The notes beneath the pieces are model-generated. The model worked only from the letters and a program-made list of their open reading frames with translations. It ran no database searches and had not been told where the DNA came from. Positions 59,229-64,000 of a stretch of 64,000 nt of DNA are shown here, piece by piece. Positions within the stretch are counted from its first letter, which is position 1, and every line of letters begins with the position of its first letter. Both the position numbers and the translations under genes were made by a program. The stretch is from Zygnema circumcarinatum SAG 698-1b (lineage: Eukaryota > Plantae > Zygnematophyceae): assembly GCA_037447605.1 (NCBI GenBank), contig CM074808.1:2108001-2172000 (forward strand), in the 5' to 3' direction.

Positions 59229-60814
59229 CTCAACACTGTTGAAGCGCACAGTGTTGGTCGCCAACTGCAAACCCACAAATTGGCCATGCATGCATTAGTA
59301 AACCAAGAGGTCCAGAAATAACTAAAGCAGACCTGAAAAACAGATTCCTCTTCAAATTCCAAGGAAAACAAATAAGCACTAGGTCACGTAAATTAGCAAG
59401 CGGCAACCTCACCAACCAAAACATGACTGTATTACAGATCACAAATGTGCCCAAGCAAAATTGACATTGCTCAAAATAAACTTCTATTTTTTTTTTAACT
59501 TTCCTCAATGCCTACACATACAACCCCCTAACACGTTGAAATGCTCGAAGTGCTAAACAAACTTCATGTACCAAAAAAGGCCTTAGACCTTTGTCTAATA
59601 GTCACAACTTGACAAATGGCGAAGTTTTGCTAAGCGACGAAAGACGGCAGGTGCTGTACATCTAAATTTACAAATGTTACTAAAGAACATTTGAAACAAA
59701 TATACATGTTGTTCCCGAACAACTTGCATTCCAGTATAAAATGTTTCTTAATTACTGTATCAATGTCCTTTCTCTGAGCAGGCACCCGTGTTAAACAAAC
59801 GATAGATATGTCGGTAATTCGGTACTTTAACATCTAAAAACTTGCCTTTACTTGCAGAAAGTCTGTTAGAAACCCTCAATGACTGCAAGCTTCATCACAC
59901 GAGTCTCCTCACAGACCAGAATCTTCGAGTTCGAATTCATCATTAGTAGTGAGAACTTCTCAAACGCACCATCAATACCTTCCTTCCTTCATATCGTTGC
60001 ATTCAGTCCGCAAACTTAAATCCAACAATTTGCGCCCCTAAGCTTTGTTTCGGTCTGTTCGAATGTTTTCTGATTTTGCAGCTTTTATCTTTGCACGGTT
60101 CGGCGAAGCATCGCTAACGAGCCCGTATATATAAAACACCGTTTGATTATGTGTAGATTGAGGCCGACGCATCAGCCCATTTTGGCACGAATAATCATTT
60201 ACAAACACACTTACATTCTGGAATTCCAATTCCAAGGGTAACAAACGAAGCCTGGATTGTTTTTTATATAAAGCTAGAAGGTAGCACTCTGTCAATTCTC
60301 TGAGATTCGGAAAGATTCCGCATAGGATCTTCAAGAAGAACGCTTTTAGGTTCTTCAATTCACGTCGTATTGAAAAATAAGGAAACCACACTGGGTCTCC
60401 GCATCACATCAATCAAGACATGGCGGCAAGCCGCCCTGCCCGCCTGACACTCGAGACCGAAGACGCCCCTGCAGAAAGAGGTAAGGCCCTCTATGCATCC
60501 ATGGCGGTCACCAGGCTGCAACACTGACCTTCCCTTGCGCCGCCTGCCACCCTCTCCTCTGCTCCTCCGCCCTCTCTCCCTCTCCCTCCTCCGACTCCTC
60601 TCCCTCTCCCTCACGAGTCGCCCTTCCGGCGCTCATTCGTCCCCTCCGTACGCGTACAAACATCCGTACCATTTTCGTACACGTGCATGCATTCCTTCTC
60701 GTTGAGCCGTACGAAGGTGCCACTCCGTACAGATTGTACTTCAGTGGAAGGGCGGGAAGGGGGGTTTAAGGCCTGCCGCGGTCGGTCCTTGGAGGGAGAG
60801 TGGGCGCGGCGGAA

Positions 60815-60915
60815 GGGAGGGAGGAGGGAGGAGGGAGGAGGGAGGAGGGAGGAGGGAGGAGGGAGGAGGGAGGGAGGGAGGAGGGAGGAGGGAGGGAGGG
60901 AGGAGGGAGGAGGGA
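60815..60915. repeat. Pure-purine (GGGAGGA)n tract
   Basis: About 100 bp of G/A only, in 7-mer and 4-mer units. Confidence 0.95.
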
Positions 60916-60926
60916 GCAGAGGGGGG

Positions 60927-63900
60927 ATGCAGCAGAGGATGGAGGCGCGGGAGGTGGCGCGGTGGCGGCAGGCGGGCGCGGCGGCCTCTGCGGGGCCGGC
61001 GCGCTCCCTCACTCTCACTCTTCCTGGGGAGGGCGTGGCCTGTTGCAGCCGCGACGAGCGCGCGCAGGTGCCTGCCCCTCCCTCCTCGCGCTCTTTCTCC
61101 CCTCGCGATTCTTTCAGCCGGGTTCTGCTCTGCACTGTGATGTTTCGCTTTGCTCGTATTTAACCCTTAGATAAGTGAGGAGGCTCCCTGATGGGAAACT
61201 TGGAGGGTGTTCGTGCGGTAAGACTCCTACTTAATGAAGAAGAATTGGAAACTTGCATGCCGCCGACTGTAGATGTGAACTTGCTGGCTTCGGCAGTCTA
61301 GATGTAAAGAGTTTTGGTTGCTAGCTCTTTGGGGACATTCAAAACGTTACGGATAATGGTTGACTGTGCGCGCTTGAAGGATGAGTATGTGCATGAGCTC
61401 AGCCAGCATCGTTTTCACTTTCTGAAGCCCAAGGGCCCCAGCACATGAGTTGGAAACTGCATGAAAATTAGATAGATTCGACCAGGCCAACTTTCAGCAA
61501 AACATTCTTGTCGCAATGAAATGGAGTCTGTCCCGTGGAAGAGAAATTGAGCTATCATATTATTCAATATACTCGTTAAACTGGTTCACTGTCCCTGATT
61601 TAGCTGAGGGTTTTTAATGACACTTAACAGAAAAGGACACTGTAATGACAAGGTGGCAGCTTTAGTCAGAGGACGCCTCAACGAAGCTTATACGTTGGTA
61701 TTCAATAGAGAATGACGTTAATCTTATGTGTAATGTCCATTTTCTTAGAGCTATGTGTATACAGCTGGCATTTTCTCGCAAAAGTGCTGACCCGCCGAAG
61801 TGTTTTTCGAGGATATTTGAACTGCAAGGTTTCCTTGGGCTTTTTCAGTTAGCACATTGCAAGCTTTTCCACATTCTTAAGGAGTTTGTGCAGTCCAGAT
61901 GATTGTGAGTACTGCTTGTATGGTAAATTGGGGATGTATTTTCTTCGAGTTAATTGTTCACTTTCTCTTATTATTGATACATTGAGCACACATATGACTC
62001 GCGCTTGAGTACTATAAGCACATTACTAAAGCACTTTCACTTGAAGGGCTCAAAGAACACAACGCCTAGGTTACCATTTGTATGTATAGATCAGTAATTA
62101 TTGGTGGGGAAGTGGCTTTGATAGGAACATGATGAGGAGTTTAACGCAATGGGCCACCCATTGGCTATACCGTTTTAATCCTATTTATGGAGGAAAAATA
62201 CTTTCTTTTTTTTCTGTTTTATCTTTTATTAAATTCTTTCAATTTGAACATTTCTTCACTAGAAAGGAATTCTGCAATTAGAAAATGCGTGACTTGTTCA
62301 TCGACTCGAATCAATTTATTATTGTAATGTCATTCACTACGGTGGATGCAGCAAAACTACTGGATTGATTTCATGGTTCGGATACATAATGGTCGAACTA
62401 ACTTCGTTGTGTTTTCATTAAGGGGAGAACACCTGCTTGATTGCACAGTTCCAGCGAATTGGGGCTGTACTAAGTCATCAGGAAAAGGACTCGTAAGATT
62501 CATGGCTGGATTCATACGTGTAGGAACGGAGTGATGAGTTGGCCGTGCTGTTGTTGTGGTGACCGTGAATAGCCTTTGTTGCGGAGGGGAGGCTTGGAGT
62601 GTTTTTTATGGTTTGAAGCATCACTATGCTGCGATAAGTGAGAGAAGGGATTGAAGGAAGGAAGGCTGAATAAGAAGGTGATTTGGACTAAGAATAGAGG
62701 TGGAGCCTTCGACCGCCAGGATCTCCATGCTTAAATGGAGATCTAAAAAAATATAGAATCATGTATTACTTGAGTTGATGCACGAAGCACTTTCTGACGC
62801 TGCATAATGCAAACAAGAAAACGGCAATGCTCAAGGTTGTGTATGTGTATTCTGTGCAGAAAGTACTTAAAAATTGGCTTATCGGCTCAAGCCGGTTGGA
62901 GTTTGCAGCTCCTGCAGTATGGGACAATCTATCAGGGAAGTTTTATGCTGCTCTGAGGACTTCTCCAGGGAGCACAAGACTCGTAACTTGGAGCCTTACG
63001 GACACAGTACATTTGTGTGACCTTCCTGAACATGCAACCATTTCTTCAGATGTGCACTCTCTTCACCCTCTTGGTGCATCAGATAGTCGTTCTCAAGACA
63101 CAAACACAGCAGGTGAGTTCTACCTCCAACTTCACCGCTCACTGCCATGCCTGCGCCAGCTTAGTTCTCTGCAAATCGCTTTTTTGGACACAGCAGACAG
63201 ACTCTTTTCAAGCTTGGAAATGCATGACCATGGCTGAGTTGGAATAAGTTTGAACTGCCTTCTAGGACGGAGGCTATATTTTCATTATCCACAACTTGTT
63301 GTTTGTTACTCAGAACTGAGCTCGTTGCATTTACCTCTGTGTATCATACAGTTTTACATAGCTCTGGAGGCCTCTAGGTCCGTATAGACTGCTTGTGCTT
63401 GTTCCTGGCCCTATCTTTGGTACACAGCAGAACCTGTCGAAAGGACAGGAAGAGGGGTTTCTTTCCAGGCTCAACATAGAACCTCGCTCAGTTACACTTG
63501 GCTAACTGTCTACCTAAAGGCCTGCATTGTGGACCCGCCGTACACGTGATTCGCGCATGTTGGTTCCTTTAGACATTATCCCTTTAGACAGGTTTTTACT
63601 GTGTACGTGTGCATGCTTTGTCATTCCCCTTCTGCTCCGATGGACACTTATGCAGTCAGGAAGATAGTCTTTCTTAAGACCCTTAAGAGTGGTCTACATC
63701 CGCAAGCTCGAAGTATGCCTCACACAAGACATGGCTGCCAGCTCCGCAGGTGCTCAGTTTCAGGCGAGTGGTGGAGTTCTTGTTGTGGTCCCAAACGCTT
63801 CCGTCGCTGTGTACGACTCCTCCCTTACGCGGATTGCTTCAATAGCTGTGCCGGAAAATGGGAACCGGCAAGCAGTGGAAGCGGTGGCATTGTCGCGGCT

Positions 63901-64000
63901 GCCAATAGGAATGGGAATAGGGCACACCTCAGAGGGCCAATGGAAACTTGCTGTTCTTGTGGCAGCAAGGGCTGGGAATGGAAGTGTTAAAGAGACAGAG
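60927..64000 (+). CDS. 5-prime part of a multi-exon gene running off the window; possibly NOL11/WD40-like beta-propeller
   Basis: Exon 60927/60939-61067 (…SLTLTLPGEGVACCSRDERAQ) joins 62860-63112 (KVLKNWLIGSSRLEFAAPAVWDNLSGKFY…LVTWS) at GT-AG junctions. A further open frame at about 63766-64000 (GVLVVVPNASVAVYD) is beta-strand-like. The product assignment is weak. Confidence 0.4.

Noticed and set aside
60611-61174. Pro/Ser- or Arg/Glu/Gly-rich ORFs of 124-174 aa
   Set aside because: They are produced by the (GGGAGGA)n tract; only the exon from 60927/60939 has splice support.

Overview
Gene-dense eukaryotic nuclear DNA from a green plant. Intron-rich land-plant-like genes and TTTAGGG/TTAGGG-like repeats point to a streptophyte, possibly an alga; the species cannot be fixed from the sequence. 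Genes assembled by hand from GT/GC-AG exons: proteasome alpha-7 (PAG1), an intronless SRC2-like C2 protein, proteasome ATPase RPT4, TBP, a Mic12/AIM5-like small protein, an NAD(P)-binding Rossmann protein, a nocturnin-like EEP phosphatase, mitochondrial carrier SFC1, a ZNHIT2-like zf-HIT protein, TatD, an AhpC/TSA-type redoxin, an ACHT-type thioredoxin, and the start of a possible NOL11-like gene. Mobile DNA: an intact and very young 5.68-kb Ty1/copia element (two LTRs, PBS, PPT, CCTCC TSD) and a 315-bp TA-flanked MITE. The unexplained structure lies in three intergenic composites that share sequence modules. (i) 32474-33722 is an inverted-repeat-bounded array of palindromic hairpin units. (ii) 41698-43900 holds a lone Ty3-type gag fragment bracketed by outward-facing telomere-like repeats; two assembly gaps enclose the gag. 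(iii) 51253-53790 is a multi-satellite cassette. They are linked by a 143-bp block, an ATCCAACGG motif and a TGG(T/C)TGGCAACC core, which suggests an undescribed repeat or transposon family. Exon coordinates were read by eye and may be off by a few bases. No database searches were run.
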